A stretch of 64,000 nucleotides of DNA from an uncultured Bacilli bacterium (lineage in GTDB: Bacteria; Bacillota_I; Bacilli_A; RF39; UBA660), in contig CANRDU010000001.1 in assembly GCA_947629445.1 (NCBI GenBank), forward strand, positions 68,642 to 132,641. Direction: 5' to 3'. Position numbers and translations under genes: made by a program. Below, in pieces: positions 50,214 to 59,060 of this stretch. Each line of letters starts with the position of its first letter. Within the stretch, counting starts at the first letter, position 1. The notes under the pieces are model-generated. The model saw only the letters and a list, made by a program, of their open reading frames with translations. It did no database searches and was not told the DNA's origin.

Positions 50214-51096
50214 CTTCTAAAAAAATATTTTGTAATTTATCAAACGCCGATTTTATTTTTTGAAAAGTTCGAGTTATCGCTAACTCACCAATTTCTTCTT
50301 TTCCGAAAACTTTACCTAAGTTTCTCTTTTGCATCCGGGCAAACTTTTCATATTTTTCTTGAGAAAAAATTTCTCTACCAAAATAAAATTTTTCGGAAGG
50401 ATCTGGCATAGCTAAAACAGGAATGTTTCTATCTCCTACCATCTTACGGACAAAATTTACCCGAGAACGAGGAACACAAATACACTGAATAGATTCTAAG
50501 GGCATGCCACCATATATTCCAATTTCAGAAATATCAGAAGCAATATTCACTACTTTTTGCTTTCGGATTTCTTCTTCTGAGGTTGCAATCATCACCCCAA
50601 AAGAGGATTTCGCCTTTCCTTCCTTGGAAAGTATCATGGAGTAATTTTCAGAAATATCATACACATCTGAAAAACTAACAAATGGTCTTTTGCCTTGAAT
50701 GCGGCTCCAAGATTCTCCCGTTTCAACGGCAATCCCCATCTCTTGTAAAGTGTTCACACTATTTAACCCATATTGTAAAATTCCAGGAAGTGCATTTGCC
50801 CTAGTTCCATGGAAAAATTTCACTTGATGATCTACAAAAAATTGAAAGGTTTCTGGTTCTGATAATAATAATCTTGCCATTCCTAGACGTCTTTCAATTT
50901 CAATATAAGGGCTATTCCTTCTTTCCATATTACTAGAAACACTATATTGTTGCCATATTCCTCGATATAATATTTCTTTTAATTTTTCAAGAGTTTCTTC
51001 ATCTTGCGCTAATCTCAAAAAGGCATTACAAAGCATCTCATATTTAGGATAATCTGCATTCAACTGTTCTAAAGAATAACTAGAATACTGCATCAC
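50182..51096 (-). CDS. Hypothetical protein with ADP-ribosyltransferase-like motifs (element cargo)
   Basis: FFHGT..LPGILQYGL, FVSFS and SEI motifs in ART-like order. Confidence 0.55.
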   Translation of the reverse strand: MMQYSSYSLEQLNADYPKYEMLCNAFLRLAQDEETLEKLKEILYRGIWQQYSVSSNMERRNSPYIEIERRLGMARLLLSEPETFQFFVDHQVKFFHGTRANALPGILQYGLNSVNTLQEMGIAVETGESWSRIQGKRPFVSFSDVYDISENYSMILSKEGKAKSSFGVMIATSEEEIRKQKVVNIASDISEIGIYGGMPLESIQCICVPRSRVNFVRKMVGDRNIPVLAMPDPSEKFYFGREIFSQEKYEKFARMQKRNLGKVFGKEEIGELAITRTFQKIKSAFDKLQNIFLEGGEDRIGRRI

Positions 51097-51120
51097 ATCA
51101 CCTATTTTCTATTAATGATA

Positions 51121-51150
51121 ATTATACGCTAGGAAAGAAATATTTGTCAA
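51121..51150 (-). promoter_or_regulatory. sigmaA promoter of the cargo operon
   Basis: TTGACA-18-TATAAT. Confidence 0.7.
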
Positions 51151-51168
51151 CAAAAGGTCTTTTCACTC

Positions 51169-52893
51169 TCAAGATAAAAGATAGACATTATAAAGAAAGC
51201 GGTTAGAAAGATGATTCTTTCTTTTTCTTTCTACTGTATCACAAACTTGATTTTCTAGATAGAGGATAGCATCTCCATTTAAAGTATCGAGATTGATATG
51301 TTCTTCGTTTGTTGATTTATCTTCTCCCAATAAATTAACAAAGATATCTAATTTTAAATAATAGCGATTTTCTTTTATTTTTGATACGATGATACGCTTG
51401 ATAAAAGTTCGAATAAAGTCTTCTAGTAAATTTTTTTCTAGTTCTTCTTCAATTATAGAGGTAATTTCTTTTCTTTTGGAAGAATGATTGGAAAACTTTT
51501 GGATTCTATTTTGTAATTCTTGTTTTTCTTTATAGAGATTTTCCTTTTCCTTTTCATATTCCTCCCACTGACTTTTTAATGATTCTCTTTGAATATCACC
51601 ATGAAAGGCAAAATCTAGAAGCATCGCTTTTTTTTCTTCAATAATTTGGATTTTATGTTCTAACAAAGTCAACGTTTTTTCATATTCTTCTATATCTATA
51701 TTTTCATATCGTTTTAATAAATCATTCATCAATTTCTCCTTCGAAGGAAGAATTTTATTCATAATAAGAGAAGAAATATGATACAAATCTATTTCAGCAA
51801 TAATGGGAGAAATACAAGCAGATTTACGATACTGTAAATATAAACCGCAACTCCAAGTAGGACGATTTTTTCTTTTACTATTATAAGACCTTTGAAAATT
51901 AGTAGCATGTTCCCTACAATAAATTTTGGAACTAAAAGGATACTTTACTCCCCCTGACCAGTGATGATTATTCCAATACCGCTTTGTACGTTTTTTTAAT
52001 ACCTCATTGGCTTTTTCCCAAAGTTCTTCCGATAAAATAGCAGGAACACTGCCATCTTCACACTTGTATAAAATTTGTTCATTTCTATCATTTTTCTTTC
52101 TTCTTTTCGTTCGATAATCCATAACTTCATAAGTCTTTGCGCGATAATAACCCTTATACTTAGGATTTTCTATCATTCGTTTTAAAGAATCTTTATCATA
52201 TAAATTTCCTTTCCTATTATGATACCCCATTTCGAATAATTTTTTGGAAAGTTTTTGAAAGCCATATTGACCACTGGCATATAACGTAAACAAAGTTCTT
52301 ATAAAAGCAGCTTCACTCTCCTCTACAATTAATTTGCATTTTTCTTTTCTATAACCTGTAATATTAGAGGATCCTAGTACATGACCTTTTAAAATGGCCT
52401 CTCGATGACCAAATTTAATTCGTGTTGATAATTTTCTAGATTCTTCTTGGGCTAAATTAAACATAATATTTAAAATCAATTCGGAATTAGAATCAAATGT
52501 ATGTAAATTTTGATTTTCAAAATACACCCCTACTCCACAATGTTTTAAAATTCTAATATAATGAATACTATCCTCTAAGTCACGAGCAAAGCGAGATACT
52601 TCTTTGGTAATAATTAAATCAAATTTATTAGTTTGAGCATCATGAATCATTTTTTGAAAACTAGTTCTTCCCTTTACTCTAACGCCTGTTTTTCCCTCCT
52701 CTACATATCCTCCCATGAAAGTCCAATTCGGTTTAGAACGGATATAATTTTCATAATATTCAGACTGGTTAGATAGCGAGTTTTTCTGTGCATCGGATTC
52801 CGTCGATACCCGTCCGTAGTAGCATACTCGAAGAGGAATATTATAAATTTTTTCTCCTGCCAAAAGAGATTGTACAATTTCATCATAACGCAT
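51169..52893 (-). CDS. Large serine recombinase (SpoIVCA/CisA-like architecture)
   Basis: YGRVST catalytic Ser, KEVSRFARD, AQEESRKLS, recombinase domain, zinc ribbon (CREH..C..C) and coiled coil. Confidence 0.95.
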   Translation of the reverse strand: MRYDEIVQSLLAGEKIYNIPLRVCYYGRVSTESDAQKNSLSNQSEYYENYIRSKPNWTFMGGYVEEGKTGVRVKGRTSFQKMIHDAQTNKFDLIITKEVSRFARDLEDSIHYIRILKHCGVGVYFENQNLHTFDSNSELILNIMFNLAQEESRKLSTRIKFGHREAILKGHVLGSSNITGYRKEKCKLIVEESEAAFIRTLFTLYASGQYGFQKLSKKLFEMGYHNRKGNLYDKDSLKRMIENPKYKGYYRAKTYEVMDYRTKRRKKNDRNEQILYKCEDGSVPAILSEELWEKANEVLKKRTKRYWNNHHWSGGVKYPFSSKIYCREHATNFQRSYNSKRKNRPTWSCGLYLQYRKSACISPIIAEIDLYHISSLIMNKILPSKEKLMNDLLKRYENIDIEEYEKTLTLLEHKIQIIEEKKAMLLDFAFHGDIQRESLKSQWEEYEKEKENLYKEKQELQNRIQKFSNHSSKRKEITSIIEEELEKNLLEDFIRTFIKRIIVSKIKENRYYLKLDIFVNLLGEDKSTNEEHINLDTLNGDAILYLENQVCDTVERKRKNHLSNRFLYNVYLLS

Positions 52894-52897
52894 AGTT

Positions 52898-53053
52898 TTA
52901 TACCCTCTGCAAAGAGGATTTTATTTTCTGAAGTAACTCATCCTCTACCCTAAAAAAAGTTTTTTCATCAATAACGTTTTTCTGAAATAAATGACTATTC
53001 ATGATTCTTTGAATTTGCAATTCTAATATTTTATTTTTAATCACTTTTATCAC
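52898..53053 (-). CDS. Small (48-51 aa) ORF upstream of the recombinase; candidate recombination directionality factor
   Basis: Hand translation (VIK)VIKNKILELQIQRIMNSHLFQKNVIDEKTFFRVEDELLQKIKSSLQRV; GTG starts at 53053 or 53044 (SD GGTGA); stop 4 nt before the recombinase ATG. Confidence 0.6.
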   Translation of the reverse strand: MIKVIKNKILELQIQRIMNSHLFQKNVIDEKTFFRVEDELLQKIKSSLQRV

Positions 53054-53059
53054 CCATAA

Positions 53060-53089
53060 ATCCTATGCTTTATTCTAAAATAGATGACT
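53060..53089 (-). promoter_or_regulatory. Putative sigmaE-like promoter inside attL
   Basis: GTCATCT...CATAGGAT, with 16 nt between TCAT and CATA. Confidence 0.45.
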
Positions 53090-53107
53090 AAAAAAGGGCT
53101 CTACATT

Positions 53108-53989
53108 TTTAAAAGTAGACCCTGGTTCATACGTCATCCATATCGGCAAATTACGATTAATCTCTTCACTTGTATAATCTTGATAGTTAGAAGGAGAAAA
53201 GTTAGGTCGAGAGGCAATCGCTAATATAGCCCCACTATTCGGATCCATAGCAAGCGCAAAAGCTTGATCAGCTTGATACATAGACATCACATTATCCAGT
53301 TCTCTTTCTACTGCTTCTTGTAGTTCAAAATCAATCGTTAACGTGATATTCATGCCATCTTGAGGCTGTTCATAAATTTGACTTAACTGTAATTTATTAC
53401 CCTTAGCATCACTAAAATATTTAATAGCACCGTAACTACCTGTTAGATATTCATCATAAATTAATTCTAAACCACTTAACCCTTGATTATCGATTCCCAC
53501 AAAACCTAATGTTTGAGCTAGATAGGTATCATATGGATAATTTCTTTTCGATTCTTTTACTAAATAAACGCCAGATAGTTTTAAAGCCGATATTCTATCA
53601 GCAATCTCGTTGGATAATCTTCTTCCTTCTGGGTGGACTCTTTCAATAGAAGTTTTTTTCGTAACATGCTTTAACATCTCTTCATAAGAGACAGATAAAA
53701 TTTCTGATAATGTTTTGGCTGTATATTCTTTATCTTCTATTTGATTCGGAATTAAAACAAGAGAAGTAGTCGTAATATTACCAGCAAGAACAATACCATT
53801 TCTATCATAAATTTTTCCTCTATTCGCTTCCAAAGGAAGATTTCTACTCCAAAGACTAGTAGCATAATGATTGAGTTTTTCATAACTAATTACTTGAATA
53901 TAAAATACTTTGCCAATAATCACAACAAATAAAAAAAGAATTACCACTAATACAAACTTCATACGAGCATTCATTTTCTTAACAAACAT
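53108..53989 (-). CDS. spoVD: spoVD 5' segment (TM, PBP dimerisation domain, up to EPGSTFK); reads 10 codons into the element to a stop at 53075
   Basis: RGKIYDRNG, GLSGLE and RNLPIWMTYEPGSTFK motifs. Confidence 0.9.
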
Positions 53990-54037
53990 GGTATCACCAC
54001 CACATTATATGAAAAAAAAAGAACGTTTTTTCGTTCT

Positions 54038-56020
54038 TTATCTTCTGGTGGATATATCTTCGTCCATCATATCTGCAACATATTTTAACTTTTTCTTGAT
54101 TTTTTCAGATTCCGTCAAATGTTCTATTTTATCCCTCTCAAAAATTGGTTTTTCACGTCTATGCCTGCGATACGAACGTGTTTTTACTACGACGATAGCT
54201 AGTCCTAAATTTTTAGCGCTTTCAATATCTTTCTCACTAAAAGCATCATAAGTATAAATACCAAACATTTTTGGCATTACTAAACGATTATTTACTTCAT
54301 CTTCTCGTCTAGTATTTCTTTGCGCTATCACGATTTCATTATAATCATCACTATCATCCAACAATTGCTTTGGACTCATTAAAAAATTTCGATAATTACT
54401 AGCAACAAGATTATATACACGGTCATAACTAGAATAAGAATCCAATGGGAAAATATGTAAAACCTGTGAAACCGGAAGATCAAAATAAATGAAAGTATAA
54501 TATTCCTTAGGAGAATAAAATAATTTAAATTTAGAAGGTCCATCAATAGAATAAGAAGCAGCATCTACATCACACCAAAGATCATCTTTTTGTAAAACTT
54601 CATCTTTACGATTGGTTATGCATTTAATTAAAGCATAATAAAGTTCTTCCTTTACAACGTAAATGGGAACCCCATATTTTAAAGAAGATGCTTCATCATA
54701 AAAGGGAAGAATACTTTGTTCATTCAATAGAGAATCTCCCAATCTTTGATAACAGTGATTTCTTGCCCTTCTCATATCATCATAGAATTCTTCTTGAATA
54801 GGATATTTTTTCAAAGCCTCATGTAGTCTCATTTTTTCAGAATGAGGTAGAGAATCCAAAGAAAGTATTCTCCTATAAAGTTCTAATTTTTGAGGACTTA
54901 GAATTTCCTCTACTCTACTTGCATAATTACATAATTCTTGCATATCTAGAAATAAGTTATGAGGAACTTCTTCAAAATGATAATCTACTATCATATTCGC
55001 AATCCATATACTTGATTCTCTTTGTAAGTAATGTAATAATGGAACTTTGAAATTTTTTTGAGAAACTAATTCTTGTATCTCTTCTAATAAAATATCTTCA
55101 TTCGCTGAATCGCCAAAGAAAGAAAAATATTTAGAAAGATTTTGCTCATACCACATCTGGATATCAGAGTGAATAATATCGTCATATAATCTTTCCATCT
55201 GCCTTAAAAGTCCTGTTCCTTCATGGAAACTAGCCATCCTACTTTCATAATATTTTTTTCGAAGTGTTTCCATATAGGAAACATCATGATTCAGTTTCAT
55301 TTTTTCTACTAATAAACGATAAGATTTGACACTATCCATGGTAACCATTTTTTGTAAAAAAGCAGATTCTTCTAATAAATGCTTAGGAATGTGAATAGAT
55401 CTTTCCACTAAACTATCTAGGTTTTCATATGAAAAATTATTAATAGTAATCAATTTAGAGAGTGCCTGCTCAGAAACAACTTTAGGGCCATAAAGTACAA
55501 AAGGCAATAGTTCTTTTCTATTCAACTGAAAGTTATCAATAAGTCCACAGATTTCTTCTTCTTCAAATGCTCTCATCAATTCTATTAATCTTTTTCTTCC
55601 AAATTGTTCTTCCACATATCTCAAAAATAAAGTAGCTTCTTCTAGTGAAAACGAAGAAATACTTTCAAAATTATTGTGTGGTCCAAATTTATAGACTAAT
55701 TTTAGAAAAGACTTCTTTTTTAATAGAGGTATTAAAGCTGGACAATGGTTACTTAAAATACTTCTAACCTTTTCTCCCGCATGTAGGGATTTTTCCAAAT
55801 ACAGGATTCCTTCTTCATCTAATACACTCAGTATAGTATCAATATCTTCATAGGCGACAAAGTGGGAAAATTGACTAGTCGTTGAACGTTGAATAAAAAC
55901 TCTCTTCAAGGTACTATCCTGTATCATCATTTTAAATTCCTCTACATTTTTTTCAAGGGTTTGAAAAAGAAGGTCTAATAAATTAGAATAAGCATCATTA
56001 TTACACGCAGTATTTGTCAT
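54038..56020 (-). CDS. Hypothetical protein
   Basis: Long ORF; SD GAGGGG before MTNT; terminator at about 54012-54040. Confidence 0.78.
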   Translation of the reverse strand: MTNTACNNDAYSNLLDLLFQTLEKNVEEFKMMIQDSTLKRVFIQRSTTSQFSHFVAYEDIDTILSVLDEEGILYLEKSLHAGEKVRSILSNHCPALIPLLKKKSFLKLVYKFGPHNNFESISSFSLEEATLFLRYVEEQFGRKRLIELMRAFEEEEICGLIDNFQLNRKELLPFVLYGPKVVSEQALSKLITINNFSYENLDSLVERSIHIPKHLLEESAFLQKMVTMDSVKSYRLLVEKMKLNHDVSYMETLRKKYYESRMASFHEGTGLLRQMERLYDDIIHSDIQMWYEQNLSKYFSFFGDSANEDILLEEIQELVSQKNFKVPLLHYLQRESSIWIANMIVDYHFEEVPHNLFLDMQELCNYASRVEEILSPQKLELYRRILSLDSLPHSEKMRLHEALKKYPIQEEFYDDMRRARNHCYQRLGDSLLNEQSILPFYDEASSLKYGVPIYVVKEELYYALIKCITNRKDEVLQKDDLWCDVDAASYSIDGPSKFKLFYSPKEYYTFIYFDLPVSQVLHIFPLDSYSSYDRVYNLVASNYRNFLMSPKQLLDDSDDYNEIVIAQRNTRREDEVNNRLVMPKMFGIYTYDAFSEKDIESAKNLGLAIVVVKTRSYRRHRREKPIFERDKIEHLTESEKIKKKLKYVADMMDEDISTRR

Positions 56021-56094
56021 AAATAATCCCCTCTCATTCACGCTCCAATATGTTATCAATAGAATAATATTTTGTCAAGAAAAAAGGAAAAGAA

Positions 56095-56703
56095 TTATTC
56101 ATTTTCCTCTTCTAAATTCTCCTTCATTAACGATTCTACAGCATGATATAACTTTTGATTTGCTTCTTCTAATGGCATATCCCCTACCTGAAATGGTTTT
56201 CCAAAACGAATGGTTAAGTTTTTACTACGAAATCGATAATCTCCTGTTATGCCAAAGGGAACAATCCATGCATTAGTTTTACTTGCCATAGATACTGCCC
56301 CAAATTTAAATGGTAGTAAAAATTGGTCTGTTTTATTTCTCGTTCCTTCAGGGAATAATCCAACGGCCCCTTTATCTTGTAAAACAGAGAGCGCTAAAGA
56401 AGTGGCATGGTCATCTTTTCTACTTCGATCAACCGAGATGCAACCAGTTCCTTTAAAAAACCAAGCGACCTTTTTATTATCAAAGTATTCTCTTTTTGCC
56501 ATATAATGAATGCCACGCTTCGTTGCGATAATCGTTAAACATTGATCATATAAATGTTTATGATTTCCACAGATAACAATTGGACATTCTTTTGGGATAT
56601 TTTCTTTGCCTATAATCCTAGGATGATAATAAAACTTAAAGATAGGGCTTAATAAGAATTTCCCTAATCGATATAAAAATGGTACTTTACTCGTCATCAT
56701 CAT
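56095..56703 (-). CDS. plsC: 1-acyl-sn-glycerol-3-phosphate acyltransferase
   Basis: NHKHLYD (HxxxxD), FPEGTR and FKFGA motifs. Confidence 0.9.
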   Translation of the reverse strand: MMMTSKVPFLYRLGKFLLSPIFKFYYHPRIIGKENIPKECPIVICGNHKHLYDQCLTIIATKRGIHYMAKREYFDNKKVAWFFKGTGCISVDRSRKDDHATSLALSVLQDKGAVGLFPEGTRNKTDQFLLPFKFGAVSMASKTNAWIVPFGITGDYRFRSKNLTIRFGKPFQVGDMPLEEANQKLYHAVESLMKENLEEENE

Positions 56704-58429
56704 CCACCCCTATATCACTTTGTAATTTTTGAAAATCTACTTTTCCTAGTTTTGTCTTCGGCAACTGTTTGCGGAAAACAAATTCGGCTGGAATCATATA
56801 CTTCGCTAAATTCTTTTTACAATATGCTTTAATTTCTGATTTCACAAACAAGACATGAAAACCCTCTTTTAATACAATGAAGGCTTTTCCTACTTCTTGT
56901 TTATAAGGGTGTGGAATCCCAATAACCGTACATTGTAATACCGCTGGATGAGATTCAATAACTTCTTCTACATGCGATGGGAAAACATTGTACCCACTCG
57001 TTATAATCATACGTTTTTTTCTGCCTTTATAGAAAATAAAGCCATCGGTATCCATATATCCTAAATCCCCTGTATGTAGCCATACATGACCATCCTCCTT
57101 ATGAACTTGAAGGACAGCATTGGTCTCATTTTCGTTATTTAAATATCCCATCATTAATCCTTTAGAATTAACAACAATTTCCCCTACTTCCCCATAAGGA
57201 AGTGTTTTAAGAGTGGCGGGATCAATAATTTTAATATAATTTCCAGCAAGAGGAATACCAATAGATCCACTCTTATTAATATCATCACAAGCAAGCGTAA
57301 CGGCTGCTAATGCTTCCGATAATCCATATCCTTGCGTAATTTTTGCTTTAGAATGATGACGTTTTAGATACTCATTAAATTCATCCTCTAATGCTTTTGG
57401 AAGAATATCTCCGCCACTAACAACATATTTTAGGAAAGACAAATCTAAGTTCTTAACATTATTACATCGCAATAAAGCTTCATATAAGGTAGGTACACCA
57501 AGCACACAAGTCGGTCTTGTCTTTTTAAAGAGAATGTCAAACTTTCGTGCGTCGAATTGTGGTATCAAAATACTGTAACATCCAAGCGCTAGAGGAGTAT
57601 GCATCAAAACACTAAGTCCAAATCCATGAAAATTAGGCATGATGGCTAAACAACAATCTCCGGCATGTAAATTCTTCATTTGAATTTGTTCTTGTCTAGC
57701 AGCTAACATAAAAGATCGATTTTGAATAACGACATTCTTAGGAGTTCCTGTGGTCCCCCCACTACTAAGAATAACAGCGGGAGTATTCTTTCCATATTTT
57801 TGCTTTAATGGAATCTCTTTTTTAAATCTCGAAAGTTTCATAAATTTAGAAAAACTCATAAATAATTTTTTCTTTGGAATTTTTTTATACTTATGGAAAG
57901 TCTTAATTCGATACCCCAATCTCATAACAGGATTTAAAGAGTCTGCTGGGGATGCAAAAATAACCTTTTTTACATTAGTATCATAAATGATATCCTCTAT
58001 TTTTTCATAGAACATATCCGCCATAATTAAATATTTACTATTGGTAGAATTAATACTTCTTTTAATTTCTTCGGATGCTGATAGTGGATGTAACATACTT
58101 GCTATTGCGCCATTTTTATTTAAAGCATAAAAAGCAATTAATGCTTCTGGAATATTGGGAAGGCAAATCGTTACAATATCCCCTTTTTTTATTCCTAGTT
58201 GTTGAAAGGAAATACTTGCCCTATCGATTAAATTTAGAAATTTTTGAAATGTAAACTTTTTCCCCATATACTGAATCGCTGTATAGTTTCCAAAACGCTT
58301 CGTACTTCTTCGTACCTGTTCATAAAGCGTAATATTCGGTATTTTTATATGTCGTTCTTCGTATGTATAATATTTTTCCCAGGGAGCGGGAATTTTCTTT
58401 TTCCTTTTAAATAAAGATAAAATAGTCAT
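56687..58429 (-). CDS. Long-chain fatty acyl-CoA synthetase
   Basis: SSGGTTGTPK, QGYGLSE, TGDLG and PKTKLGK motifs. Confidence 0.92.
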   Translation of the reverse strand: MTILSLFKRKKKIPAPWEKYYTYEERHIKIPNITLYEQVRRSTKRFGNYTAIQYMGKKFTFQKFLNLIDRASISFQQLGIKKGDIVTICLPNIPEALIAFYALNKNGAIASMLHPLSASEEIKRSINSTNSKYLIMADMFYEKIEDIIYDTNVKKVIFASPADSLNPVMRLGYRIKTFHKYKKIPKKKLFMSFSKFMKLSRFKKEIPLKQKYGKNTPAVILSSGGTTGTPKNVVIQNRSFMLAARQEQIQMKNLHAGDCCLAIMPNFHGFGLSVLMHTPLALGCYSILIPQFDARKFDILFKKTRPTCVLGVPTLYEALLRCNNVKNLDLSFLKYVVSGGDILPKALEDEFNEYLKRHHSKAKITQGYGLSEALAAVTLACDDINKSGSIGIPLAGNYIKIIDPATLKTLPYGEVGEIVVNSKGLMMGYLNNENETNAVLQVHKEDGHVWLHTGDLGYMDTDGFIFYKGRKKRMIITSGYNVFPSHVEEVIESHPAVLQCTVIGIPHPYKQEVGKAFIVLKEGFHVLFVKSEIKAYCKKNLAKYMIPAEFVFRKQLPKTKLGKVDFQKLQSDIGVDDDDE

Positions 58430-58430
58430 A

Positions 58431-59000
58431 TTATCCCTCCAATTTTTCTGTGATAATCTTTTCTAATTTTTTATTTTCTACTTCTAATGATTCTAGTACT
58501 ACCAATGGTTTTAAAAAAGTAATACAAAGTCCTCTATGAAATGGTTTATAGTTTCCTTTAATGACAAAGGGAATAATGGGGGTAGAAGTATCCTTAGCCA
58601 TCTTTACTGCCCCAAATTTAAATGGTAAAATGGTATCCTCTGTCCGGTTAATTGTTCCTTCTGGAAAAATACCAATTACATGTTCTTGATGTAAATGTTC
58701 TATCGCATTTTTCATGGCATCAGGATTCTTCTTAGAGCGATCAACCGGAATAATCGCCATATGTTTAAAAATAATTTTTTTAATTCCCTTCATCAAAGAA
58801 TGTTTTGCTAAAAAACGAACAGTCCTTTTCGTCGAAGACATAATTAACAAACAATCAAAATTATTGGTATGATTTCCTGCCAAAATAAATCCTCCTTTTT
58901 TAGGAATATTTTCTAATCCATTAAAGGTCGGACGATAAACAACCTTAAAAAGAAAGCAAACAGCAGGTCTTACTATACGGTAAAAATATGGTCTTTCCAT
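58431..59000 (-). CDS. plsC: 1-acyl-sn-glycerol-3-phosphate acyltransferase (second copy)
   Basis: NHTNNFD, FPEGT and FKFGA motifs. Confidence 0.9.
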   Translation of the reverse strand: MERPYFYRIVRPAVCFLFKVVYRPTFNGLENIPKKGGFILAGNHTNNFDCLLIMSSTKRTVRFLAKHSLMKGIKKIIFKHMAIIPVDRSKKNPDAMKNAIEHLHQEHVIGIFPEGTINRTEDTILPFKFGAVKMAKDTSTPIIPFVIKGNYKPFHRGLCITFLKPLVVLESLEVENKKLEKIITEKLEG

Positions 59001-59060
59001 AAATCACATCCTAATATCATTTTATCATGCTTTTTATATATTCGCAAAATAAAAAAAGAA

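Larger units (their letters stand above)
49877..53113. mobile_element. spoVD-intervening element with a large serine recombinase (skin-like)
   Basis: Core TTTTAAA (plus strand) at 49877-49883 and 53107-53113; element-side arms form an AAAAAAGGG...CCCTTTTTT inverted repeat; the flanks are two in-frame halves of one PBP gene. Confidence 0.92.

Noticed and set aside
52701-52886. 61-aa ORF inside the recombinase gene
   Set aside because: Alternate frame of the recombinase 5' end; no supporting signals.
49877-53113. Prophage, ICE or self-splicing intron explanation for the spoVD interruption
   Set aside because: No phage, conjugation, reverse transcriptase or homing nuclease genes; the serine recombinase and att symmetry explain the junction.
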